IMG/VR virus record: IMGVR_UViG_3300045988_047700
Location: 1 to 53,542 of that record
Origin: a virus
Direction: 5' to 3' (one strand)
DNA: 53,542 bases
Below, piece by piece: positions 1 to 9,496 of this stretch. Each line of letters starts with the position of its first letter. The stretch's first letter is position 1. The notes beneath the pieces are model-generated. The model did no database searches. It was not told the origin of the DNA and worked only from the letters and a program-made list of their open reading frames with translations. Both the position numbers and the translations under genes were made by a program.

Positions 1-55
1 TTGGGATGATGGTTGGAACACGAGAAAGTACCTATTAATATATGCTAAAATGTAT
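1..55. repeat. Terminal direct repeat, copy 1 (circular-contig overlap)
   Basis: The 55 nt at the window start are identical to 53488..53542 (read directly from the sequence). Confidence 0.95.
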
Positions 56-1390
56 GTCTATGTCATCTCCCGTGATAACAACCTTTTCAACACACTCTTT
101 TAGCACCTTGTTTTTCTCGGAATCCGTCAGTGTATCCCACACGTTGGACATCTCTTTTATTTTCTCTATCTTTTCTCCACGTCCGCCTTTCTCCCGGATG
201 TCTTCTGCCTTTAATTCTTCCCGTAGGTTTTTCAGTGTTTTTTCTTCTGCTTGGATGACATCTAAAAGTGTATCAGTGCCGGAGTTGCCGCTTGCGTACA
301 ATGTGTATAGGCGTTTCAGTTTTGCTTCGCTGAGTGATATCTCTTTTTCTATCATCTTCCGAGTGCTTTCAGATTCATTCTCTTTTTCTTCGACATTAAC
401 GATGAATCGTTTAAAACAGTCCTCTACTTCTTTTTCTACCACATCTGCCCGCACTTTTTTATTCTTGCAAGGGTTACCTGTCTTAGATATATGCTCTTTT
501 CCCTTGTACTGTGAGTAACATACTATCTTTGTGTACTTTCCCCACTTCTGCATCCGCATTTTAGTACCGCATTTTCCACAGTAGCACAACCCGGTAAGCA
601 TATACTTGTTGCTCACATAAGCATTTGTGGATCTCTTTTTTATCTCTTCCTGTACTTCGTAAAAAAGTTTTTCGTCTATGATCGGTTCATGCAAGCCTTG
701 GTATGTTTTCCCTTTATATTGTATTTTACCTACATAGGCTATTCGCCTAATGATGTTAGACACGAGCTTCTCCGAATGCATCCCGAGAATTTTTTGAATC
801 CTATCACACGAATATCCGTCCCGGAACATCTGGAAGATAGCTTTTACCTTTTCCGCTTCTTCCGGGATGATATGTAATATCCCATCGTTCCTGTCGTACC
901 TGTATCCATATGGTATCGCGCCACCGCCCATCCACAGTCCACGCTTTACACGTTCCACCATCCCGGCTCTTGTACGCATATAGATAACCTCACGCTCATA
1001 CTGCCCCATGACAGCATTAACGCCAAGCATTACACGATCCATCGGTGTCTCATTCCGCAAATCCTCTGTAGCTGATACTACCTCTACATTGTATTTTGGC
1101 AATAGTTTACTCACAAGCGTAAGAGTATCTACAACATCACGGCTCATTCTGTCAAGCTTATAGATGTATACTGCCTGTATTTCTCCGGCTTCTGCATCCT
1201 CCAGAAGTTTCTGTATGTTTGGCCTTTGAATATTGCTCCCGGAATATCCCCCGTCCACATACCATCTGGCTATCTTCACGCCCCTTTTCTTGGCGAGTTC
1301 CTTTATCTTGTCTTCTTGGACATCAAGACCATACTTTTCGGTCTGTGCTTCTGTAGACACTCTCATATAACCTACATTTAATTTTTTCAT
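35..1390 (-). CDS. Large serine recombinase (integrase)
   Basis: The true ATG is at 1390 (MKKLNVGYMRVSTEAQ...), after GGAGAA. It has a resolvase-type catalytic Ser motif, a recombinase domain, a Cys-rich zinc ribbon (CYCGKCG...) and a C-terminal coiled coil. Confidence 0.9.
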   Translation of the reverse strand: MKKLNVGYMRVSTEAQTEKYGLDVQEDKIKELAKKRGVKIARWYVDGGYSGSNIQRPNIQKLLEDAEAGEIQAVYIYKLDRMSRDVVDTLTLVSKLLPKYNVEVVSATEDLRNETPMDRVMLGVNAVMGQYEREVIYMRTRAGMVERVKRGLWMGGGAIPYGYRYDRNDGILHIIPEEAEKVKAIFQMFRDGYSCDRIQKILGMHSEKLVSNIIRRIAYVGKIQYKGKTYQGLHEPIIDEKLFYEVQEEIKKRSTNAYVSNKYMLTGLCYCGKCGTKMRMQKWGKYTKIVCYSQYKGKEHISKTGNPCKNKKVRADVVEKEVEDCFKRFIVNVEEKENESESTRKMIEKEISLSEAKLKRLYTLYASGNSGTDTLLDVIQAEEKTLKNLREELKAEDIREKGGRGEKIEKIKEMSNVWDTLTDSEKNKVLKECVEKVVITGDDIDIHFSIY

Positions 1391-1408
1391 GTCAATTCTC
1401 CTTTCAAC

Positions 1409-1446
1409 AAAAAAAGAATTGACCAAGATTCTATCAAGGTCAATTC
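1409..1446 (-). terminator. Rho-independent terminator just upstream of the integrase gene
   Basis: GAATTGACC / GGTCAATTC forms a 9-bp stem (1416..1424 with 1438..1446) with a 13-nt loop. It is followed on the minus strand by T7 (1409..1415). Confidence 0.6.
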
Positions 1447-1575
1447 TAAAATATCACTTATGTTTTGTCAACTTCTCTGAAAGAATCCTTTTTACCGCTT
1501 TGCTATGGATTTCATAATTCGAAAGTTCTTCTTTTGTCACCTGTTTGCCGTTCACAAAGATTCTTACCATCCGCA

Positions 1576-1959
1576 TCACTCCTTTTCGGTAGTATTCCCG
1601 CGTTTGTGTCTTTTTATTCCGAATAGCCTTTCTGCCATCTTTCCATCGTCATGTTCTCCCCAAAGTATCCACCTATACATTTCATCCAAGACTTTCCTCC
1701 GATATCCCTGGAAGTCTTTTCTTGCAATCGGTATCCAGTAACGCTTGCTTATATAGTCATATCCGATTCCTGTTATAAGTGAGAAGAACAATATACCAGA
1801 CAAGTCATTGTTCGCATTTTGACACCATTTCAGTAATTCAAGCTGATCGTTTCCACGCATCCTCTGGCATTCATTCAACATCTTCTTTTCGTCTTCTTCG
1901 CTTATATAGTAGATGTCTTTATGTGCCCCTCTCAGATATTTGTCTCTTACTCCGGCCAT
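1576..1959 (-). CDS. Hypothetical protein
   Basis: 127-aa ORF, the last ORF of the leftward operon before the terminator. No motif recognised. Confidence 0.5.
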   Translation of the reverse strand: MAGVRDKYLRGAHKDIYYISEEDEKKMLNECQRMRGNDQLELLKWCQNANNDLSGILFFSLITGIGYDYISKRYWIPIARKDFQGYRRKVLDEMYRWILWGEHDDGKMAERLFGIKRHKRGNTTEKE

Positions 1960-2095
1960 TAATCAATCCCTTCCTTCTTGCATATCCCAATACATCACTC
2001 TTGATTAAGTAGTGGTTTTTCTTCCTTTTAACCGTCTTCTCCTTTTTCTCTTCCAGTACATTCTCCATTAAGTGCATCCTCTAACGCCTTTTTTT

Positions 2096-2659
2096 CTATT
2101 CATATTCTTCCACTACCTCCAACTTCTTCAAATCTTCGATTGACCACGGTTCTTCGTCTGACCATTTAACCATCGGAAGTTCTATGTCAAACTGAAACAA
2201 TATCAATCCCGTCCCCCTTTCCACTTTACAAGGTTTTCTAGAATATAAGCGAAGTGCTCCGTCTTCATCTCTCGCAATATATGGATAAATATCTTTAATG
2301 AAACTCAAAAACGCTCTATCTTTTTCTGAAATCTTCGGTTTCTCAAAATATTCTGCATTTGCCCAAGCTTGCGTTGACTCTCTACAATAAACTGCGTAAT
2401 TAAGAATACATTCCTCGCAGTCGATCTCATCACAGACAACCGTTTTACCAGTATCCTTAGATACAGCAAAGGATCCACCTTTGCACGCAATATCTAATAT
2501 CTCCTCCGCATATTTCTCTCTATTTGTCATCTTTGTGTTGTCCTTTCTTTGGTTCCAATATTGTCTTTCGATTTTATCCGCTTTCGCACCAGCCTTACAT
2601 ATCCCAATTGCTATTAACGTAGCCAGCGTCAGCATTATTCCGGCTGCTATCAGTACCAT
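2096..2659 (-). CDS. Membrane-anchored hypothetical protein
   Basis: 187 aa. N-terminal TM helix (VLIAAGIMLTLATLIAIGI) followed by a Cys-containing soluble domain. Confidence 0.55.
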   Translation of the reverse strand: MVLIAAGIMLTLATLIAIGICKAGAKADKIERQYWNQRKDNTKMTNREKYAEEILDIACKGGSFAVSKDTGKTVVCDEIDCEECILNYAVYCRESTQAWANAEYFEKPKISEKDRAFLSFIKDIYPYIARDEDGALRLYSRKPCKVERGTGLILFQFDIELPMVKWSDEEPWSIEDLKKLEVVEEYE

Positions 2660-2958
2660 CTTCTACCTCCTACCGAAAAATCAAAATCAATCCAATAATA
2701 ACAATCACCATCATCATCATTCCGATGATCCGATCTTTTACCAACATTCATTTGTCGTCCTCGTCTTTATACGATTCCGGTAATGGCATCCAGGCTTCTC
2801 ATTTTTTCTTACCTCTCTTCCGAAAATCTTTCTTGCAATATCCGGTTGGGCAGTACCCACCTCGTCCAAAACCAAATCTTGATTTTTCTGCTTGTTTCCA
2901 ATATTTACAGCTCATACATTTTGCATCTGGCTGTGTAATATTTGCTCCGATTCCGATT

Positions 2959-3156
2959 CTACTCATCTTCATTCTCCTTTACATAATCCGGGCATTCTTC
3001 CATATATTCATATTGGTCTAAATCATCACACAGAATAGTGCATTCTTCGTACTTCTCACATTCCAGACAGCATTTATGGATGTCTTGGTCTACAACGTAT
3101 TTTAATTTACATCCTATAGACTTTATCATTCCAATCAATATATCTTCCGCACTCAC
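2959..3156 (-). CDS. Small acidic Cys-rich protein
   Basis: CCLECEKYEEC motif. The track start is GTG, with an alternative ATG at 3129. It overlaps the next ORF. Confidence 0.35.
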   Translation of the reverse strand: MSAEDILIGMIKSIGCKLKYVVDQDIHKCCLECEKYEECTILCDDLDQYEYMEECPDYVKENEDE

Positions 3157-3403
3157 TACAGTATTTCGGTTTGTTATCTTTCGACACTATGTATTCCTTT
3201 CCACAGTGCGAGCATTTATAATTAATATCTCCCGTAGAATCGACCAAGATAATCGGTCGTATCGGAAGGTTTCCGTATTCTATTAGTGCTTTTCGAAATC
3301 CGTCCCAATATGCTTCTTCCTTTGTTACTTTTATCTCTCTTTCTTTCACTGCTATATAGACGCATAACATAATAATTACGCAAATAGTAAATACTGTTTT
3401 CAC
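3107..3403 (-). CDS. TM plus zinc-ribbon protein
   Basis: 98 aa. N-terminal TM helix, then CSHCGK...CSECG. Confidence 0.5.
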   Translation of the reverse strand: MKTVFTICVIIMLCVYIAVKEREIKVTKEEAYWDGFRKALIEYGNLPIRPIILVDSTGDINYKCSHCGKEYIVSKDNKPKYCSECGRYIDWNDKVYRM

Positions 3404-3417
3404 AATTTACTCCTTTC

Positions 3418-3846
3418 TTAATACCATTCAATCCCAGTTCCTGTATCCACACCATCTTTTATCAACTGTTTAACATTTTTGAATAGTACAGCTTCTATAC
3501 CGCTACGATATCCATAGATAATATCATCATCATATTCTTTTATAATTTCGTATACAGATTTGCAGTGTTCTGCATCAGCTTTTCCGTGACTGTCGCTCGT
3601 GTATAAGAATTCAAGGACCTGTGTATATTTTCCATCGTACTTTTCATCAAGTTCCACGATTTTCTTGTCATACTCTGCGGAAAAGTTCTCGCCTTTGCTA
3701 ACCAGTACATATCTCCAATCATTAAGTTTTTTATAATGTTCATAGATATCTGTTGCAGTTAACTCCGCTACTTTTACACGAAGTCGGTAGAATCCAGAAT
3801 AGCTCAAGTCAATGCTGTGATTTTTGCTGTTTATTGTTAATCCCAT
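3418..3846 (-). CDS. Hypothetical protein
   Basis: 142-aa ORF tightly packed in the operon. No motif recognised. Confidence 0.55.
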   Translation of the reverse strand: MGLTINSKNHSIDLSYSGFYRLRVKVAELTATDIYEHYKKLNDWRYVLVSKGENFSAEYDKKIVELDEKYDGKYTQVLEFLYTSDSHGKADAEHCKSVYEIIKEYDDDIIYGYRSGIEAVLFKNVKQLIKDGVDTGTGIEWY

Positions 3847-3858
3847 AACACTCCTCCA

Positions 3859-4443
3859 TCAATCATGTATATCCAGTACAGTAAGGAATCCGTCCATATT
3901 GTCAGCTACCGCTTTCTTATATTTCTCTTCGAACTTATCATCTTCGACAAATCCATTACCAGTCCACAATTCTCTGGCGATCGCTGATCCGTCTGGCAAA
4001 ATGCATCCAAAGCATCCGAGCTCGTCCAGATTCAAGATGTCTTTCTGTCTTGCTCCGTCAACAAGAATGTATCCATCACGGTATCCCATATTCGGGAAAT
4101 ATGATTCTTCTGTATACGCAAATGGTACTTTTGCATTTCTTTTTAATTCGCTTAACAGTGCAGAATGGAACAGTCTTTCGTTTCTTGGATTGTTTTCCAA
4201 ATACCCCCAGTTATAATGCTCTCTGTTTTTTGAATCGTCTCCATCTACTTTCAGTTTGAGGTAAGCACTGTATCTTCCACCAATCTTATACCAATCCCAC
4301 GTAAACACCGGATATTCTATTTTTTTCTTCTCATCGTCCATATCTTCATCGTCTATCGAATCCCATTCATATGGTTCCATAATCTTTTGAATTTCCTTTT
4401 CTGTAGGTAATTGTTTAGTTAATAAATGTATACAGTAATGCAT
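3859..4443 (-). CDS. Hypothetical protein
   Basis: 194-aa ORF. No motif recognised. Confidence 0.55.
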   Translation of the reverse strand: MHYCIHLLTKQLPTEKEIQKIMEPYEWDSIDDEDMDDEKKKIEYPVFTWDWYKIGGRYSAYLKLKVDGDDSKNREHYNWGYLENNPRNERLFHSALLSELKRNAKVPFAYTEESYFPNMGYRDGYILVDGARQKDILNLDELGCFGCILPDGSAIARELWTGNGFVEDDKFEEKYKKAVADNMDGFLTVLDIHD

Positions 4444-4516
4444 ATTTTTCTTCCTTTCTCCTTAAAAATGGGTAAAAAAATACCAACCACCGAATACTGA
4501 TGGTTGGTAGATGAAA

Positions 4517-4744
4517 TTATGCTTCTTTATACCGTTTCAAATCTGATTCGTCTAGCTTTTCAAAAACAAATCCGCAATCAAGACATATATTCCTTTGCGT
4601 TTCAACCGACATTATATTTGCAGGTTCTGTACAAGTTACATTCCCTTGCACACTTACTTTTTCTGGAATTCGTTTTGTTAAGAATGTACTTCCACTAATT
4701 CTTTCGGTATTTTCGCTTTTACAAAATGGACATTTCATTGGCAT
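4517..4744 (-). CDS. Zinc-ribbon protein
   Basis: 75 aa with two CxxC pairs (CPFC ... CLDC). Confidence 0.55.
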   Translation of the reverse strand: MPMKCPFCKSENTERISGSTFLTKRIPEKVSVQGNVTCTEPANIMSVETQRNICLDCGFVFEKLDESDLKRYKEA

Positions 4745-4836
4745 TTCCTCCCGTATATTTTATACGGAAATTATACCATTCCAACCATCAATATTCAATT
4801 GTCAAGGTACGATAGCTGCTATTTTTAGCTGCTACT

Positions 4837-5238
4837 CTATTTTTCTTTGTATTTCTTCAAAATTTCTGTAATTGCTTTCATGTGTTCCGCTACTTCCGGC
4901 AAATCTTCATCACTGATCCTGTCTAAGCCTTCTCTTTTGAACTCACAAAGGTCATATACTCCGTCTCTTATCTGGCAAAATTCCTCCGCCAGCTCATTCT
5001 CTTTCTCGGCATTATAGTTATATTCATAGAATTTTTCATGCCTGTCATGGTCACCGAATTTATCTGTCGTAATTTTTGTTCTCTTCGGTGTGATTCTGGT
5101 AATTGTTGCTGGAATGATGCGATCATGCCTAAAACTTGACATATATCCAATTCCGACCTCTCTTGCAACACCAACCACATCCCCGACTTTCAATGTGTCT
5201 TTGTCTATCTCTTTTAATTCAATGTACATTCTTCTCAC
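4837..5238 (-). CDS. Hypothetical protein
   Basis: 133-aa ORF that abuts the methyltransferase stop. Confidence 0.55.
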   Translation of the reverse strand: MRRMYIELKEIDKDTLKVGDVVGVAREVGIGYMSSFRHDRIIPATITRITPKRTKITTDKFGDHDRHEKFYEYNYNAEKENELAEEFCQIRDGVYDLCEFKREGLDRISDEDLPEVAEHMKAITEILKKYKEK

Positions 5239-6609
5239 CTACGCAAATCTTAATTGTTCCTGTGTATCGTCTATAATCAAGTTCGGCGCTCTCTCACCAA
5301 CCTTGAGATACGGACAGTTCGCTTCTACAAGTTTCTCTGCCATGATCGGCACAACACTATTTCCAATTCTTGCCACCTGTTTTGCAATCGGGTATTTCTT
5401 CCAGTTATAATCTCTGTCGATAATGTAATCTTTCGGGAACCCTTGCATCACTTTTAGCTCTTCCGGTTTCAGCATTCTCAGAAAGATATCAGATATGATG
5501 TATTTTTCACCTTTGATATCCAAGATTACATTCACCAGTCCAAACCTGTCCTTTGTGGTAATCGTATCCAACGGTCTGTCTATGGATTGTCCGCACCCAC
5601 CGCCGTAATACTTAATCAGAAATGCAGATACCAAACCGAAGTGTCCCGGAGAAGTTGTGATTGTATGTAATGGTTCATCACAGCCTTGACCTATGCCGGT
5701 CTTGTAATATTTCGTGATGAATGCCGTAACCAGTCCGTATCGGTTCGATGTATCAATCGTCTTAATTGGTTCTGTTAAAAGCTGTCCTCTTGAATCACCG
5801 GCTCTTGTTTCTCCGTGATACTAGATGATGTATGCAAGCGCATCATTATCTTTCACAATATAAGGCTTGTTAGCATCAATAATGTATTTCTTAATTCCGT
5901 TCGCTATTCTCTTCTGTGTAGCTTCTGCAAGTGGTTTCTTTCGCTCAAATATTGAACTTCCAAGGTCTGACCAGTCAATGTAATCTCCACAAGGTTTCCA
6001 CTTCTCAAATCCGATGCCGTCTGCACTGTGAGTCTGCTTTGGCCATCTAATTTCTTTTCCGTCTCTACGGAATACTGCATACCATCTCTTTCTTGTGGTT
6101 GGTGCACCATAGTCCGCAGCTACCAGCTCTCTCGTCTCAATATTGGTATATCCAGCTACGTACATCTTTTTCATAAATTTCCGGTATAGCTTTCCCTTTT
6201 TCTTTGGAATAGGTCTGCCTTTCTTGTTCAACTGCCCCCACTGACGTATTTCCTCAACATTTTCCATGATGATTACATCCGGCTTTACCGCTTTCGCATG
6301 GTTTACAATAGCCATCGGCAGCATTCTTATTTCTTGTTTTAAAGGCTTCTTTCCTTTGGCTTTGCTGAAATGTGTACAGTCTGGACTCGCCCACATAAGA
6401 GCCACGTGTTGTTCTTTTACATATTTCTTCAAGTTGACCTTAAAAATATCCTCTGTCAGATGAAGTGTGTCCGGGTGGTTGGTCTTATGCATCAGAATAG
6501 CATCTGGATCATGATTAATGGCAATGTCTACCGGTCTACCAAGTGCCATCTCAATTCCGACCGATGCACCACCGCCACCGGCAAAGGCGTCTATAATTAA
6601 ATCTTTCAT
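5239..6609 (-). pseudogene. DNA (cytosine-5)-methyltransferase interrupted by one in-frame TAG (5821..5823)
   Basis: The N-terminal part has FAGGGG (motif I), SPDCTHFS (PC motif) and ENV. The C-terminal part has QGFPKDY and GNSVVP. I translated 5635..5820 by hand: it is open and in the same frame as both track ORFs. The only stop is the TAG. Confidence 0.8.
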
Positions 6610-6672
6610 ATTTTCGAAAGGAGCCGATATATCTTTGCCCGGCCGGAGCTCCGTACTCCTTTCTGATTGTTT

Positions 6673-6831
6673 TTAATCCAACTCTGTATTTTCATCTACA
6701 AGATCAATTAAGCCAAGTGGTGAAATATCTTCCAGTTTGTATTGCAGTCCATCACACAGTTCTTTGTGCTCACATTTATCACAGTCAATTTCTATTAAAC
6801 TGCAATATTCGGCTAACTCTCTGATTTTCAT
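6673..6831 (-). CDS. Small Cys-rich protein
   Basis: 52-aa ORF below the track cutoff (MKIRELAEYCSLIEIDCDKCEHKELC...). ATG at 6831, TAA at 6673. Confidence 0.3.
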   Translation of the reverse strand: MKIRELAEYCSLIEIDCDKCEHKELCDGLQYKLEDISPLGLIDLVDENTELD

Positions 6832-6864
6832 GTCACTTCACCTCATTTTCTCCTGTGTTCATGG

Positions 6865-7449
6865 TTACTCCTTTACTACGCATCTGCGCTCAGTTGTTAC
6901 ATAATATTTTCCATCGTGTTCAGAGCGCCATTCTCTAAGAAGTTCTTCTTTTTGTTCATCCGTTGTTCTTTCACGTTCAATCTTTAATGGTTTTTCATAC
7001 TTCACAATATGTGTTTTTTCTTCTACTACCAACAGATACCATATAAATTCCGTCTCAATCGGCTTTTTCTCATGGTCTGCTTTCCACTGTTTGAGACTTT
7101 CAATAACCTCTTCTGGATGATTGATTGCAAATTCTTCACAGCCACACTCTCCACTTTTTTCATAGACTGGACAAGCATAGCAATTGTTGTCTTTGCACAT
7201 TTTTGCATACAGCCTAATAGCTTCTTCCGCACTCATTTCTTCTACTGGTTCAAGCATTTCATCTGTGAAATTATATGGTGTTTCAAGTACTTCATAATAT
7301 CCACCATAATTAACTCTTGCGATTGTAATTTCCATTCCTTTAAATTTATTCATTTCAAAATTGAATGTAATACCGCCATAATACTCCTCGCATTTCAAGT
7401 CACTTCTTACTTTTACCTTATCTCCAACCTTATATTTCATCTTCCTCAC
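6865..7449 (-). CDS. Hypothetical protein
   Basis: 194-aa ORF abutting the next gene. Cys-rich middle (CYACPVYEKSGECGC). Confidence 0.55.
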   Translation of the reverse strand: MRKMKYKVGDKVKVRSDLKCEEYYGGITFNFEMNKFKGMEITIARVNYGGYYEVLETPYNFTDEMLEPVEEMSAEEAIRLYAKMCKDNNCYACPVYEKSGECGCEEFAINHPEEVIESLKQWKADHEKKPIETEFIWYLLVVEEKTHIVKYEKPLKIERERTTDEQKEELLREWRSEHDGKYYVTTERRCVVKE

Positions 7450-8577
7450 CTACGCTTTCGTCACAATTCCATTTACTACCACATCGCCTACCGGCAGTAC
7501 CACACATTTTCTTCCATTAACTTCCTTGATTGTCAGGTCACCAATAAAATCCGCATCAATAGTCATCTTTCCCTGTGGAACCTCGATGTTGAACTTCTTT
7601 CCGTCGCAGATGTTACTTGCCATAACAGGCACATTCCCGATATTCTCCCGGTAAGCACCCTCAAACATTTCCATCTTTTCATCTGGTACACCGCTGTTAC
7701 AGAATATCTTTTTCAGTTCGTTCCTATCAATTTTGTACGGCTCCGGGTCTTCTGCATGGCGTTCCATCTCTTCGGATATGCCCTCATAGATATCTTTCAC
7801 GGTCTTACAGTCCGCATCTTCTCCAAGTACATCCTTTAACAACTTACAAAATTTATCTTTCTCTTCATCGGCAGATGCAACAAAATCAATTCCAAGTACC
7901 TCACGAACCATTTCTTCTTGTACCTCGGCAGACTTCCGGGTGTAATAGAGTACGCTATGTACATCCGTCTGCCGGTCGTTAAATGCCGGGAATAAGAATC
8001 CTTTATCCGGCATGCCTACTACCCAGTCGCGGGTTCTCTCTTCCATCCGTTCATCTTTTCCGTTGTAAGTAAGTCCCGGCTTTGAAAGTTTCACCGGGCA
8101 TATGCAGCAAAGAATGAAATCGTATACTTCCTCAGATGCATCTGCCAATTCTTCTCCGTCCGATGTCTTTCCAGGTACGTCATATACTGCATGGATAAGC
8201 ACGATGTAGTAGTTTTCGGCACAGTCATAATACATAAGAATCTTTTCGTAGAATTCGTCCAGTAACGCCGGGTCCCTCAGTTTGCTTTCTCTCAGATTCA
8301 TCAACAATTCATGCTCTTCGCCCTCTGGGTCGCTGCTCCTACTTTCTTTCGGCTTGTATTCCAGGTTCAACAGGTTCTTTCCGATTTTCCCGGATAACGT
8401 CTTTTTGAAGATGTCAAAATACTTAAACGCCTGTTCTTCCGGCAGTGAAAGAAACGCTTCTTCTCTTTCCATGCGTTTCCCTTTTTCTCCATCCACGTAG
8501 CAGCCGGCTATACGGGTGATCGCACAATTCTCCGGTGTGAACTGTTTTCTGATTTCCAATACTTCTTTTTTATTCAT
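7450..8577 (-). CDS. DUF4317-like protein
   Basis: The N-terminus MNKKEVLEIRKQFTPENCAITRIAGCYVDGEK matches my recollection of DUF4317 proteins of Clostridia. Not searched. Confidence 0.55.
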   Translation of the reverse strand: MNKKEVLEIRKQFTPENCAITRIAGCYVDGEKGKRMEREEAFLSLPEEQAFKYFDIFKKTLSGKIGKNLLNLEYKPKESRSSDPEGEEHELLMNLRESKLRDPALLDEFYEKILMYYDCAENYYIVLIHAVYDVPGKTSDGEELADASEEVYDFILCCICPVKLSKPGLTYNGKDERMEERTRDWVVGMPDKGFLFPAFNDRQTDVHSVLYYTRKSAEVQEEMVREVLGIDFVASADEEKDKFCKLLKDVLGEDADCKTVKDIYEGISEEMERHAEDPEPYKIDRNELKKIFCNSGVPDEKMEMFEGAYRENIGNVPVMASNICDGKKFNIEVPQGKMTIDADFIGDLTIKEVNGRKCVVLPVGDVVVNGIVTKA

Positions 8578-9223
8578 CTTCTACCTCCACGAGTTCACCA
8601 TTCTTTAATGTGTACCATGTGTTTTCTTTTACTTTTTCTCCATCCACACGAACCATTAACGATCCTATAAAATCCCACGCTTCTTCTTCCCAGTACCGTG
8701 CATCATTATCAATCCGTTTCCATTCCGCAAGAACAAGGGTGGATCCTTTTACGCCTTTTGCCATTGCTTCTGGTCCCCAAGCGACCGCTACGCTATTTTG
8801 GTTTTCTGCTGCCGACTTTCCCTTGTATCCTGTTGCTGATGATGCTCCGCAGTTTCCTGTTGCTGATGATGCTCCGCAATCCTCATTAGCTTCTGCTTCC
8901 GGTTTAACTCTTTCTTTCGTATATTCGATAGCAGCCTGTACCAATCCGGCAATGCTCACTATTGCACCGATCTTAATCTTCGTGGATGCCACTTTCGTAT
9001 CGTCAGATCTTTTCGATATCTCTCCACTCTGTTCGACTTCATGATATACACTGTGTGCCGGATCATAATATCCAAGGCAATCTAACGGATGCTCGCATGC
9101 ATGGAATCCACAGCTACACGCTTCGGCTTTTTCTTCTTCGTATTCTTTCCCCTCTTCATACCGGAAATCTCTGCAAGTCATGTCTTTATTGAATCCTTTA
9201 TAAGCTTTTATTACTTCTCCCAC
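8570..9223 (-). CDS. Conserved phage protein (KAYKGF...CRDF N-terminal motif)
   Basis: Start moved to GTG 9223, with AGGAGG 6 nt upstream. Contains an internal CGASSATGN/CGASSATGY repeat. Confidence 0.55.
   Translation of the reverse strand: MGEVIKAYKGFNKDMTCRDFRYEEGKEYEEEKAEACSCGFHACEHPLDCLGYYDPAHSVYHEVEQSGEISKRSDDTKVASTKIKIGAIVSIAGLVQAAIEYTKERVKPEAEANEDCGASSATGNCGASSATGYKGKSAAENQNSVAVAWGPEAMAKGVKGSTLVLAEWKRIDNDARYWEEEAWDFIGSLMVRVDGEKVKENTWYTLKNGELVEVEDE
8828..8881. repeat. Tandem 27-bp duplication inside a CDS
   Basis: tcctgttgctgatgatgctccgca(g/a)t(t/c) occurs twice in tandem, encoding CGASSATG twice. Confidence 0.8.
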
Positions 9224-9333
9224 TTTTGTTCCTCCTAAAATCAAATTTCTTCTTTTTCTCTTTCTTCTTTCTTAACCACTCTGCAAGATATTCCTCTTGC
9301 TCTCTGTCTTCCTGTTCCTGTCTTGTCACAAAG

Positions 9334-9486
9334 TCACATCCGAACAGCGTTCTTTTTGCTACGTCTTACTATTCTCCGCTTTTTCTTTGTTTCTCCAGGT
9401 AATTCCGCTTTAGCACTCGCCCAACTACAGTCTGCCAAAGGACAGATAAAACAGTTTGGATAAGTGCATCCATCCGGTTTTTCCAT
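9334..9486 (-). CDS. Small Cys-containing protein
   Basis: 50 aa from ATG 9486, with AGGAGG upstream. CTYPNCFICPLADC motif. Confidence 0.4.
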   Translation of the reverse strand: MEKPDGCTYPNCFICPLADCSWASAKAELPGETKKKRRIVRRSKKNAVRM

Positions 9487-9496
9487 GTTTTTCCTC

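Noticed and set aside
2660-2958. Tiny ORFs in the 300-bp gap, for example the 25-aa TM peptide MLVKDRIIGMMMMVIVIIGLILIFR.
   Set aside because: They are too short and lack convincing RBSs.
7009-7839. Long plus-strand ORFs antisense to minus-strand genes: 7009..7839, 13080..13595, 30247..30807, 33948..34643 and 48712..49290.
   Set aside because: Their products are low-complexity and Phe/Leu/Ser/Cys-rich. They lack RBSs and lie fully inside well-supported minus-strand genes, so they are shadow ORFs.
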